A program made the position numbers and the translations under genes. This document shows, one piece after another, positions 39,022 to 49,999 of a DNA stretch of 64,000 nt. This DNA comes from Lobosporangium transversale. Taxonomy: Eukaryota. The notes below the pieces were generated by a model. The model saw nothing but the letters and a program-made list of their open reading frames with translations. It ran no database searches and was not told where the DNA came from. Every line of letters begins with the position of its first letter. Within the stretch, counting starts at the first letter, position 1. Where the stretch lies: positions 124,001-188,000 of the forward strand of contig NW_019028996.1 in NCBI RefSeq assembly GCF_002105155.1, written 5' to 3'.

Positions 39022-39409
39022 CATGTTACGATAAGCATCATAATAACGCAGTAAAAAAAAATATTAAATGGAGAGGAAAGCATAAGAGGAGGAATGTAGA
39101 CGAGAGAACAAGGAGTTGATATCCTTGTTTGAAAGACATAATTTCTAACACTATAAACTGTGCTGAAGCGCTCTACTGGTTGAGAATGGAAAGCACCCCT
39201 TGTCTATGCATTCCATTCTTTCCTCGCAAGTGGAATTGCCCTTGGAGAGAGTAGAATTTTCATTCCCACTTTTGATCTTCAACTGTAGCGATCTCGCTGA
39301 AGTTGTCTTCAACCTTTCTAATTTATTTTTCTCTCTTTACCTCACATAATCCGCCCAACCGCCTTTCATTATTAGTACTATTTTTTATTTCAAAAACTTA
39401 GGCTTGGGA

Positions 39410-40978
39410 ATGACTCGCCTACATATTTTCCATGCCTTGTTCCACTCAGTAGCAGCATTAGGCTACATTCCTTTTGCGCTATCCTCTACTCTCATCTCTT
39501 CCTCAACACCATTTGTCACTATACCACCAATTGCCGTTATTCTTATTGCATTTATCCCACCATTAACCTTCTATCCTGTGCTCTGCTTCTCATATCGTTA
39601 CTTGGAGCGTTTCAAGCGTATATCTTTGTCTATCCAACGCGCCAGGATGTACGTCATGCTGGCAGGATCCGGTCTCTGCTTCATAGTAGCAGTACACTTG
39701 ATAATGGTACACTCCTTAGCGAATTCACGCGACACTATTTATAATCGTAAGAGTTACTTCGCTATTCGGCCTTCGCAATCATTGTTTACAGCGTCTATTG
39801 GCCCAGAATCGACCACTACAGTGCTTGTAGTAAAAGGCACTGGGGAACAAAGTACCAAGACTCCAACTGGCGATGACAGAGTGGCTAAAATGAATGACAA
39901 GGCAGAAGCTATGCTGTCGCCATGGACCACCTATGTGCCTCTGTCTAAAGAGCAGGCTCATCATGGAGGACAACAGCAGCAAATGATGGTGGGGTCCGAT
40001 GATAAGAATACCGTCTCCGATCAGCCAATCACTTCTGTAGAATGGAGATGGGATGCACAAAGATCTGTGTTTAAGTTCCTGTTACCATCCCATTGTGGAC
40101 AGTCTCAGCAATCCCAGGAAGAATGCAGGACATCCTACCAGGAACAGGCTTTTATTATTGCGAAACAGGCTCCACAAAAGGCAGCAGAACCAGTAGTTAG
40201 TAGTTCGAGAACTGTTGATATATCAATTCCTAAGTCTGTTGCAGCAACAAGTAACGCATACAAGGTTGCCCAATTCAAAGCATCGCCATCATTATCGCCA
40301 TCATTATCGCCAGCATCATGGTATCCACTTTTGACAAATACGCATGCAGGCGAAGCCGCAGTGCCTTCTACAAAAGCGAAAACTGACGCCAGTTCTGCAC
40401 AGTCACAGTTGAATTTACCTCTTGATCCAAGTACTGTTACCTTAGATCTATCCTCTTCTCTGGCTGTTAGCATTGTAACCTCCATTCCTGTCGCTTTTGA
40501 TGAAGCACTTCAGTCAAAGCATAATAATGCAGACCTAAATGCTGAAAAGGTTAACAGGATAACTCGCATGAAGGAGGCACTGTTATATAAATATCATAGC
40601 GATGACGAAGATCGCAAGTCATTCCAGCCGCTTGGATTCGACATCAAAAGTTCGTATTGGCTACTGTTTATCGGATCTCAAGGAGTATTAGTCTTTCTAC
40701 TAGTGATGCTCCTTTTGGGCGTCTTGATTTTGACAGAGTATGTGCTGGACCAAGAGGATGAAGATTGCGTGAACCGAACGTTTCTATACTGGGGCAGAAT
40801 TTTTGGTGTTACTATAGCAACCGTCACGAGTGCGATCCACGGATCGATATTAAGTGGATATGTGTTGATAGACGGGCTGTCTGATTGGATCGCCCAGGCC
40901 GCCGTGGGCTCCATCTGTCTATACTGGGTAAGCATGGTATGGATTATGAATCGCATTATTGGTCCACTACCGTATTGA
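39410..40978 (+). CDS. Hypothetical multi-pass membrane protein
   Basis: Intact ~522-aa ORF with about 3 hydrophobic segments at each end flanking a large polar loop; no family recognised. Confidence 0.65.
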   Translation: MTRLHIFHALFHSVAALGYIPFALSSTLISSSTPFVTIPPIAVILIAFIPPLTFYPVLCFSYRYLERFKRISLSIQRARMYVMLAGSGLCFIVAVHLIMVHSLANSRDTIYNRKSYFAIRPSQSLFTASIGPESTTTVLVVKGTGEQSTKTPTGDDRVAKMNDKAEAMLSPWTTYVPLSKEQAHHGGQQQQMMVGSDDKNTVSDQPITSVEWRWDAQRSVFKFLLPSHCGQSQQSQEECRTSYQEQAFIIAKQAPQKAAEPVVSSSRTVDISIPKSVAATSNAYKVAQFKASPSLSPSLSPASWYPLLTNTHAGEAAVPSTKAKTDASSAQSQLNLPLDPSTVTLDLSSSLAVSIVTSIPVAFDEALQSKHNNADLNAEKVNRITRMKEALLYKYHSDDEDRKSFQPLGFDIKSSYWLLFIGSQGVLVFLLVMLLLGVLILTEYVLDQEDEDCVNRTFLYWGRIFGVTIATVTSAIHGSILSGYVLIDGLSDWIAQAAVGSICLYWVSMVWIMNRIIGPLPY

Positions 40979-41199
40979 TATTGGGAGATGCAGCAGGAGG
41001 AACAGACCAGGAGTAGCATACATTAACAAAACGTGATATTGCAATGTTTAAACATTGATATCTTTGGAAATTGGTATACTCGAACAATAAAAGACGATAA
41101 GTATTACTTCTCTATTCCTTTTATAGTAAGTGCTGTGCTCAATTCAAGGTTTCCGTTAGCACAGCTTGTTTTCTTCATGAGACAGCCCGCTAAAGATTT

Positions 41200-41358
41200 T
41201 GTTACGTACCGAGGCTTGGGAGTGCACCTCAGGTGCACTTCCATAAGGTCAGAATATCATGTGACGGTCATAGAGAGTCCTTGATAAAAGGCTCTCGTTT
41301 GACAATAATAAAAACAACTTTTGATCTCCTTGACTTCTAATATCTGAAAAACATCTCA
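41200..41358 (+). mobile_element. Solo LTR, diverged relative of the LTRs at 44500/51254
   Basis: TGTTACGT...CATCTCA termini, 5-bp TSD GATTT on both sides, shares AACAACTTTTGATCTCCTTGACTTC with the young LTR. Confidence 0.88.
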
Positions 41359-41648
41359 GATTTTATTTTACAATGAATAGCAAAATTGATTCCGAAGTGC
41401 ACACTCTCTGATACTCGGTTCCCTTACTCCATTAATTTACTTGTGTGTGGCCAATCAACCTTTTCAAATTAGTTTTGCAAATAGATTAATCCAAAAAAAA
41501 AAAAAAAAAAAAAAAAATTAGTTAAGAGGCCAAATAACGCTGGGTAGGCTGCCAAGTTCATAATGAATGTTATTTGGCAACTGGGCTGCCAAAAAGATTA
41601 ATCCCCGTGCAAATAACTTCATCCTTTCCGAAGGTAGGATAAAAGTAA

Positions 41649-43358
41649 GGATGAAGTTATTTGCACGGGCCCGTACACCCCTTATTTGTACGGCCCCCGT
41701 GCAAATAAATTTTTACTTATAAAAAAAATTATTTGCACTGCCCCGTACACACTCTATTTACACTGCTCCCCCCGTACAAATAAAAAAAAGTTATTTGCAC
41801 GGGGGGTCTTTTTTTTATTTGCACGGGGTCTCTTTTTCATCTACAAGCAGCAACGTGTATCCTACAGACTACATGATTCTGGCTTTATATAAATAAGTGG
41901 AGGTGAGTCTAGAGTAGAGAGGGGTCTGGAATTATTACTGGTGGAAGTTGCAGCGCCGTGGGAGCTGCCAAACAGCTCATTTGTGACATACAAAAATACT
42001 ACCATTAGACCCATATAGCGTATACGATGATTTAAATTACCACTCACGTGGGGCAGACAAGAACCCTCTCTTTGTCCTCCTTCTTAGTTGGTGCAATGTT
42101 TTAACCTAATTGATATAACTTATTATGTAATATGGAGCTAAAGTTCAATAAATTTACCCTTTTATTAATGAGGCAATGTGGATAATCACTGAAGTTTTTG
42201 GGCAGTACAGGCTGAGGGAAACGGCAAGAAATAAGATTGAAGACAGTGCTTCTCTTCATTACCATTTCAAGTGATTGTACAATATGAAGCTGGTCCTTTA
42301 GACGCAGTGAGCATCTACATGTGCTGCTGAGTATGCAATACTGCGTGCTAAAGACGAACCAAGGTAAGTTGGCTATGATAATAAACTTGGAATGTAATGA
42401 GACAAAACTAAGGATTATTGCGATTAGCAGTCATTTATATGGGTTTTTACTATAGCTAAGGTTTTTACCCTTTTTATTTAACGAAGATCCCTGGATCATA
42501 ATAAAGACATCTTTCTTTCGTTCTCGCTACTTATTATGACCCTGGCATATTTCAATAACAGAAAAGAATATTTATGTCTCTTTTCTATCACTATTAGTCA
42601 CGGTTATGCTATTAAAGTATTTTAGTCACTAAGATATAGAGATATAGGTGATTGTGCACGTTCGGCTTTGAGTGCGAACTGTCACCAACTATCAAAAGAC
42701 AAGTAATATCGGGTAAGAAGATAGATATTCCACAAAATAAGCTGAGGTCTACCCATTGTATTTTGATGAATTTGATAAACAGAAAGGGAAAAGAAAGAGA
42801 GTAGGTAGTAACACGGCACGCTATACATCGTAGAAATGAGTATGATTGTATGATTGTTTGTACATCTACCGACACAAACTACACGTTAGAGATTCCTAAT
42901 AACTGAATTCATCGTTGTGTGCTTAATAGTGTACGGAAATACCTAAGATGTATGCACGCGTTAAATGAAAGAAAGCATCGGGGAACCATAACAATGCAAC
43001 CAACAAAAGTGCAAAGTAAAGCTGCATAGTATATTGCAACTATAGATAAATCATTTGTAATTCTGTATTTAGTCCCAGTCGCATAAAGAATGCCAACATC
43101 TACTCTGAGCTACATACGAACTTGATAAGATATTCTGGTCAGTATTTGATGCTTAGGCAGCGGCTCTAGATCTAAGCCTGTGTCATGGAAGGCTTCCTGG
43201 TTATGGTGTTTAGGGCTAAAATAAAGACCCCGTACAAATAAAAAAAAAGACCCCCGTGCAAATAATTTTTTTTTATTTGCACGGGGGGAGCGGTGTAAAT
43301 ATTTGTACGGCCCCCGTGCAAATAAGAGGTGTACGGGCCAGTGCAAATATCTTTTTTC
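41649..43358. mobile_element. Non-autonomous TIR (MULE/foldback-like) element with modular TIRs
   Basis: 41649-41830 and ~43225-43358 are inverted and built from repeated TTATTTG(C/T)ACGGG units; AT-rich non-coding interior; an extra opposite-facing end fragment lies at 41603-41623. Confidence 0.75.
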
Positions 43359-43368
43359 TAAAAGTAAT

Positions 43369-43441
43369 TGCTCTCCGTGAGGTTCGAACTCACGACCTTC
43401 AGATTATGAGACTGACGCTCTGCCAACTGAGCTAGGAAAGC
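43369..43441 (-). tRNA. tRNA-Met (CAT), elongator type
   Basis: GCTTTCCTAGCTCAGTTGGCAGAGCGTCAGTCTCATAATCTGAAGGTCGTGAGTTCGAACCTCACGGAGAGCA, 73 nt, folds as a cloverleaf with anticodon CAT, G1-C72 pair and GTTCGA T-loop; TTTT terminator follows. Confidence 0.96.
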
Positions 43442-44499
43442 AACGCTTACCTTTGACGTGGAAAGATCTGTTAATGATCCCAAAGATTGACAGAAAATGA
43501 ACAAAATGATAATAAAAAGTTGGACGAAGTGCCAAAAGATAAATTCATAAATGGACAAAGTGCCAAAGGAGGATAATCTGACAAATAGAACACTAAAGGA
43601 TCATAAATCAACAATGATAGTCCTGGAGAATGCTGCAAAATAGCTGTTTTGCAAAGAAGCCAAAGTGATTTAAATACTAGGATTGATAAAGGAAATAATG
43701 ATAAAAGTACTGAATGATGATGGAAATAATGAAGAAGAGGATACGTAAATAGCAGATTTACGACACCTTTGTGTGAACAAATCACTATTTTAACAATGGG
43801 AGGACTATACTGAAATGCCACATCGGAAGGATGGACTTCGAGTACCGATCACGGTGTACATTGGTAGAGAAAAACATGGATACGTACGACGCCATGGTGA
43901 TAGGAACGGCGATGATGAGGAAGAGAGAGAGCACACACCAGATTGGTCTGTGCAGGACATTTACCATGGACTTACGCCCAAGTCCATTGCTCAGAATTGG
44001 AAAGTTGGCTTCAAGACAACAACAAGGATAGCTACATATATGGCAGGGCGCTTCGTCAAGGCCATAGAGGAATTCGGTCGTACAGAAATCTGGAACAAAC
44101 GGTGTAAAGTCACCGTTGAATGGGAAAAGGCTCGTGGAATCACTGCTATGAGCAAACGCGCTAGAGGACGCAACTGTGTTGGGGAGCACAGACGTAGTAG
44201 CAATGATTTCCTTGTCCCTTCCCTCAGACAAAGACAGAAGCTGAATGTAAAAGAGATCTACAAGATCGCGGATGACCGAGTCCGGGACAGTTACCTTGGG
44301 AAAACCAAACTGGACGTGATGGAGCGGCTAGGTGGAATGAAGTTTTTGATGACTATGGATAGCGGATAATTTGTCGTGTTGCGCAACAGGCCACGTCGGA
44401 AAGGTGGACTTTGAGTACCAACCACGGCGGTCAGGGTTTATGAAATCATGGATACAGCGGCTCTTGTCGTTGTGCAGTAATAGCTGTATATTGACTATA

Positions 44500-44669
44500 T
44501 GTTACGTCCTGAGGCTAGGGAGTGTACCCAAATGGAGCACTCCCCTTTTTATTCATAGATCAGAGCAATTAGTGACGGCTATGTTGGAGCCTATATAAGG
44601 CTCCGACCTAGCTAAAATAATAAACAACTTTTGATCTCCTTGACTTCCGATTTACCATAAAACATATCA
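44500..44669 (+). repeat. 5' LTR of element 1
   Basis: Direct repeat of 51254-51423; contains TATATAA and AATAAA. Confidence 0.95.
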
Positions 44670-44767
44670 TTTTTTCAAGGATCTACATAGAGTTACATCC
44701 ATCCATTTTATCAATCCATCCAACCATTTTTTTTTTTCTCCATAATTTCAATCCCTTTATTTCAATC

Positions 44768-47700
44768 ATGTCTAATATTAATAAAGTACCAATTAACGAA
44801 GATGTTGATATGGAAATCTCTTCACCAGAGAATGGCTCAGGCTTGACACCTGTCGAGCAGTTGAACTTATTGGTGGCTAGCCTGGTCGTAGATACGACGG
44901 AGAGTGTAGTCGAGTTCGGCAGTGATGCTGTTCCCGATATCGAGAATGTTACGATGCTTCTTCGAAGTTATAGACTTCAGAAGGAGGAGACACTCAGAAA
45001 GAAGGCATTGCTGTTCCTTAGGTACAATGATGCCAAATCAAAGTTAAGAAAAATTGACATTGATGAAAAGACACTTACCAAGGCCTTAGGCGATCTCGCT
45101 CAACAGAAGGCAGACATCTTGAAGGTCTTAGTAAGACAAACTGAAGACTTGAATAGTTCTATTGAACATATGGAGGAGGTCAGAAATGGCTTATCTTCAA
45201 GCGAGGACGTTTCGATTGATAGATCGAGTGTGTCTGAAGCAGATAGTCACCGTATAACGGTGAAATGGGATCCTGCTAATCCCGAACATGACGCACTTCA
45301 TCGAATCTTCAAAGAAGAGAACATTCCTTTGATGGAAGATTCAGAAGAGGTAGACTATACCAAGGTCAAGAAGAAAACGTTTGCGGATGCGCCTATGCTT
45401 GATTTAGACGTGTCCAAGGTTCCCGGCAAGAATATGGTCAAGGAAATAGCAATCAGGGTTGTCACTTTCCGTGATGACTTTGAGAGGATATTCCGTCGTA
45501 ACCTTTCTGATGTTCTTTTCGACAAACTAGCATGGGATTACTTATCCCTCTGCGTTTCCAAAGTGTCCGGCCTGGCGCGAGACTATGACGATCTCATCAA
45601 GAAAGTGCCTCTTCAAGACAGGACCTGGTCTCGGGCAGTTACATGCTTGAATAAAGCTCTAAAGTTTGACATTCTAGGGGCTTACATCGCTGATATGGCG
45701 CTAGTTATGAGGCCTGAGAAGAATGACACTATTAGGTCGTTCGCGCAACGATTGCTACCACTGGTTGAGGCAGCTGGAATCCCAGATGATGGCTGCTATA
45801 TGCTCATCAAAGCTTTATGCAATCATCTGTCCGACGTAGGATTTCAGGCTGTCATCAAGGAATTCGGCTCAGTGAAAAGTGTTAGCTCTTTGAAGGAGTT
45901 TCTAGAGTTCCTAGAAAAGACACCAGGTGCCTTAGGTGAGAAACGAACCGATGACGCCCATTGGTTTATCCAGAAGTATGGAGGAGACGCTGGAGAACAG
46001 TATTTGCGATCCATCAAGTCCAGATCGGAATACACTCCTAGAGAGGTTCCGAGATCTAGTCATAAAAGATCTCGACTTAATGCCAATCCGTCAAGTGATA
46101 GAGAAGCCAAGAAGGCTAAACCATTCAAGGTCTGGTGTAAGGGAACGGAGAAGTGTAGGTCGAATCCGTACAAACATGCCCCGGAGGACTGTCGGTATGC
46201 TGAGGATCAAGTCAGAGATCATTCTAAGGATAAGCCCAAGGACGTCAAGAGAACTGATGTGCGCAAGCCGCTTGCCTCAGTCAGTGCTTTTAAGAGGATT
46301 AGTGATAGTGCGCTCATAAGAGACATAATTCCGAATAAAGAATCCTTCTTTTCCTCGTACTCAATTGTTGAGAAAGCTTGTATCAAGCACCTAGGGGCTT
46401 TCAAAGGTCCCGCTCCTGGTGATAATAGAATAGCTGTGCCTATATTTATAAACGGGCAACAATATACAGCATTGTTAGATCCAGGCGCCACAACTTCTTT
46501 GCTCAGTAAGGAAGTAGCCATAGAGCAAGGTATTCGCTATGGTCGAGTACCAGGAGAATCTATAGCAATGATAGAAAAAGGGACTAGCACGGATAATGCC
46601 ATTACTTGTGATAAAGTCCAATTGGTCTGCAACAATAGATCTGGAGAATATCAATTGTCGGTCATGGACATTGAGTATTATGACTTCGTGTTGGGAATGG
46701 ATCTCTTCGCTAGACTCGGCTTTTCCATCACGGGAATAGCCATGCCGGAGATACGAGAGGAGGAATCCCTATGGGTCCCATATGATGAAAAACCTCAAGT
46801 CATTCCGTCACAAACTCCAGAAAGAGAAAACAATGCTGAATTCAAAGCATTGAAAGAAAAGTTCCTGTTAGCACTGGAGCCTTATTTACAGGCGAATGAA
46901 GCCATCTCGCCAAATTCATTTTGCAATCTTGATACAATGAAGGTCCAGCTAAAGGTTAAACCCACCTGTATCATCCAGGAAAGATCTCGCCCATTCCATT
47001 CGCAAATTGAAAAAGAAGAAGTGGAAAAGACCATCCAGAAGTGGCAAGAAACGGGTGTTATCGTTCCAGCACCTAAGGGGTGTCCGTATAATAACTCCCT
47101 GACAATGGCAGCACGCCGTGACCTGGATGGTAATATTCTGAAATATAGAGTATGCCTTGATCCAAGAATGTTGAATCGTCAACTAGAGGATACTGATGTC
47201 TTCCCTCTACCATTAATCACTGATATCCAGCAGAGGGTAGCAGGGCATCTGTATTTCACCGCAATTGATCTGTCTCAGGCGTATCATCGCATGCCTGTAG
47301 AGAAATCAAGCCAACCACTAACTGCATTTACGTACGGTGGTAAGCAATATATGTTTGCTAGAGCACCTTTTGGTTTAAAACCCCTCACGAGTATCTTCCA
47401 AAGAGGAATGTCACAACTCTTAGATGATCTGCACTTTGCTGACAATTATGTGGATGACATTATTGTCTATTCGCACACAGCAGAGGATCATATTCTTCAT
47501 GTCAGCATTGTCATAGAAAGGCTTACAGCTGCAAAGTTGATAATCAATAGAGAAAAGAGTAAATTCCTTAGTACAGAAGTGCTACTACTGGGGTTCATAA
47601 TCAACAAAGAAGGACGCAAAATAGATATCAACAAGGTTGCTAATGTGCATTCATGGACACCACCTACTAATAAGAAGATGGTTCAACGCTATTTAGGCCT

Positions 47701-49843
47701 CTTCAATTATTTTAGGGAGTATATACCCTTGTACAGCTCGCTCACAGCACCTCTAGATGCCCTGCGCAATGCCAAAGGCACTTTTGATCTTAATAAGGAG
47801 CAAATGCGAAGCTTTAACAGCATCAGATCGCTTATAGCCCAAGCTCCAGCCTTATCGTTCCCTGATTTTACTCAGCAATTCTTTGTAGCCACAGATGCCT
47901 CTAACGTAGGCATAGGAGCTGTCCTATATCAGCTACCGGGTGGCAAGGAAGATGAAACCAAGGTCAACTACATATCCTTTCAAGCCAGAGCATTGCATAA
48001 GCATGAGAAAAATTACCCAGCTTACAAGAAGGAACTCTTAGCAATTATTTTTGCACTAATGAAATTTCACCATTACCTTTGGGGAAGAAGATTTACATTA
48101 TATACTGATCACAGACCTCTGACGTACATTCATGAACAGAAGGAGTTGCCACAAATAATCCTGAATTGGAAGGCCACTCTGCTCAACTATGATTTTGAAT
48201 GTATTTATCGTCCAGGCCTGCTGAACATTATTCCAGACGCATTATCTCGCGCATTTCCTGAGGAATTGTGGAAGTCTCCTAAAGAAGAACAAGCTACATG
48301 TTCTACGAGTCGGCAGATTGCTTCTATGAGGCGAGGAACAGAGACTACCGAGAATGTTCAGGCAGCTCCACAGTCATCTGATTCGCAGCAGCTGCCTTCC
48401 ACTCTACAGGTTATTGATATAACTGCTCCTTACTCTCATCAACTTCAGTTGGAGGATGCTTCTAGAAAAATCATCCAAGATCCTGAAGAAAAGCTTCAGC
48501 ATCTTCGCCTAGCACACGAATTCGGTCATCCTGGAGGAAATGCCATGGTTACTGCTATCCATGCTAAAGGCTTTACTTGGCCTAAATTGAGAGATGATTG
48601 TCTCAAATGGGTTAGCCAATGCGGACCATGCCAAAGATTCAACATAGCTAGAAAGGGGTATCATCCTTTAACTGCCATACATGCCAGACTCCCAGGGGAA
48701 CACATAGCATTCGATTTAGCCTCATTTGAAACCAGTTCCAGGGGTAATAACTACGCTTTAGTAGTGGTTGACATCTGCACAAGATTTGTATTCCTGGAGC
48801 CTCTGCCTGATAAGGAAGCCATTACGGTGGCCAGCACCCTCTTCAAGCTATTCTGCTCTATTGGATTCCCTAAAATTATCCAAACTGATAATGGCACTGA
48901 ATTCGTCAATGGAGTGTCACGTCTCATAACGCAAAAGTTGCAAATAGAGCATAGACTCTCCACGCCATATCATCCACGCTCGAATGGTGTAGCGGAGAGG
49001 TTTGTCCGCACATTTAAGGACATCCTCAGAAAACAACTCGAAGGCATACAGAATGATTGGGACATCCATCTTCCAATGGTTCAGCTCCAAATGAATACTA
49101 GAGTCGCGAGTCTACATCATTCAACGCCATTCTCATTATTCTATGGACGCTCATTTGCAGGACTAACGGATTTTTCCTCAGCCGAGTCACATCTCCTGTC
49201 TGAAGAAGAATTACAGAACAGATTGGAATATCTCACCGCGTTAGTTTTCCCTGCTATCGATGATAAGAGTTCTGACACGCAAAAAAGAATGGTGGAGAAA
49301 TTCAACAGGACACACAAAATCCTTCAGTTCCCACCTGGAGCGTTTGTCATGGCGAAGGAAGAATTGCCCAATGGTAAATTAGCACCTAAATACCAAGGCC
49401 CATACAAAGTAGTGGCTCGTACCGAAAATGGTGCCTACACTCTGCTAGACGCTACCAACCAGAAATTGGCTCGTAATTATGCTCCGAGCCAGCTCAAAAT
49501 GGTCACTCAAGCTCTTGATGCTCCCAGTGAAGAGTCGTATGAAATAGAGTCTATCGTTGACCACGAACTCACGGGAAAAGGAATGATGTATACTGTAAAG
49601 TGGAAGGGCTATGACTCCTCATACAACGAGCAAATTCCCTATGAGAATTTTGACTCGGACATCATCATTCGTCAATATTGGAAGAACCTAAGACAGCAAA
49701 ATCCTCATATTAATGACAGAAAGAGGAAGAAGCAGCAAAAGAATAACGCATCAGAGTCAACAAGACTTCTTAAGAGGAAGCAGAGACAACTCACCCATAA
49801 CCAGACCAAACGGCACAAGCGTCATGTAGCGGCAAAGCTGTAA
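44768..49843 (+). CDS. Single-ORF Gag-Pol polyprotein (Gag, protease, RT, RNase H, integrase, chromodomain)
   Basis: 1691 aa: LLDPGA protease, YVDD RT, TDASNVGIGAVL RNase H, H..GH...CGPC, TDNGTEF, NGVAERFV integrase, GPY motif, YEIESIVDH...YTVKWKGY chromodomain. Confidence 0.97.
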   Translation: MSNINKVPINEDVDMEISSPENGSGLTPVEQLNLLVASLVVDTTESVVEFGSDAVPDIENVTMLLRSYRLQKEETLRKKALLFLRYNDAKSKLRKIDIDEKTLTKALGDLAQQKADILKVLVRQTEDLNSSIEHMEEVRNGLSSSEDVSIDRSSVSEADSHRITVKWDPANPEHDALHRIFKEENIPLMEDSEEVDYTKVKKKTFADAPMLDLDVSKVPGKNMVKEIAIRVVTFRDDFERIFRRNLSDVLFDKLAWDYLSLCVSKVSGLARDYDDLIKKVPLQDRTWSRAVTCLNKALKFDILGAYIADMALVMRPEKNDTIRSFAQRLLPLVEAAGIPDDGCYMLIKALCNHLSDVGFQAVIKEFGSVKSVSSLKEFLEFLEKTPGALGEKRTDDAHWFIQKYGGDAGEQYLRSIKSRSEYTPREVPRSSHKRSRLNANPSSDREAKKAKPFKVWCKGTEKCRSNPYKHAPEDCRYAEDQVRDHSKDKPKDVKRTDVRKPLASVSAFKRISDSALIRDIIPNKESFFSSYSIVEKACIKHLGAFKGPAPGDNRIAVPIFINGQQYTALLDPGATTSLLSKEVAIEQGIRYGRVPGESIAMIEKGTSTDNAITCDKVQLVCNNRSGEYQLSVMDIEYYDFVLGMDLFARLGFSITGIAMPEIREEESLWVPYDEKPQVIPSQTPERENNAEFKALKEKFLLALEPYLQANEAISPNSFCNLDTMKVQLKVKPTCIIQERSRPFHSQIEKEEVEKTIQKWQETGVIVPAPKGCPYNNSLTMAARRDLDGNILKYRVCLDPRMLNRQLEDTDVFPLPLITDIQQRVAGHLYFTAIDLSQAYHRMPVEKSSQPLTAFTYGGKQYMFARAPFGLKPLTSIFQRGMSQLLDDLHFADNYVDDIIVYSHTAEDHILHVSIVIERLTAAKLIINREKSKFLSTEVLLLGFIINKEGRKIDINKVANVHSWTPPTNKKMVQRYLGLFNYFREYIPLYSSLTAPLDALRNAKGTFDLNKEQMRSFNSIRSLIAQAPALSFPDFTQQFFVATDASNVGIGAVLYQLPGGKEDETKVNYISFQARALHKHEKNYPAYKKELLAIIFALMKFHHYLWGRRFTLYTDHRPLTYIHEQKELPQIILNWKATLLNYDFECIYRPGLLNIIPDALSRAFPEELWKSPKEEQATCSTSRQIASMRRGTETTENVQAAPQSSDSQQLPSTLQVIDITAPYSHQLQLEDASRKIIQDPEEKLQHLRLAHEFGHPGGNAMVTAIHAKGFTWPKLRDDCLKWVSQCGPCQRFNIARKGYHPLTAIHARLPGEHIAFDLASFETSSRGNNYALVVVDICTRFVFLEPLPDKEAITVASTLFKLFCSIGFPKIIQTDNGTEFVNGVSRLITQKLQIEHRLSTPYHPRSNGVAERFVRTFKDILRKQLEGIQNDWDIHLPMVQLQMNTRVASLHHSTPFSLFYGRSFAGLTDFSSAESHLLSEEELQNRLEYLTALVFPAIDDKSSDTQKRMVEKFNRTHKILQFPPGAFVMAKEELPNGKLAPKYQGPYKVVARTENGAYTLLDATNQKLARNYAPSQLKMVTQALDAPSEESYEIESIVDHELTGKGMMYTVKWKGYDSSYNEQIPYENFDSDIIIRQYWKNLRQQNPHINDRKRKKQQKNNASESTRLLKRKQRQLTHNQTKRHKRHVAAKL

Positions 49844-49999
49844 AGTGCAGAGAGCTGTTATATTAGTAGGGTTGAGATAACTGGAGTTTTTGTACAAATA
49901 AGTTTTCTCCAGTATGAAGAAAAGAGAGCACACACTCGTCCTCATTTCAATATTTTTTTTTTTTTTTTTTTTGCAACGCAACAGTCAATAAATTTCAAT

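Noticed and set aside
41603..41830. Repeated ~13-bp units resembling a CRISPR array (also 52810-53010)
   Set aside because: Eukaryotic context, units occur in both orientations with irregular spacing and are mirrored at the other end of the element; they are TIR modules.
49953..49972. T-run just past the antisense ORF stop as evidence of a captured mRNA poly(A) tail
   Set aside because: Similar 20-nt A/T homopolymers occur throughout the window in introns and intergenic DNA, so it is not diagnostic and has no TSD.
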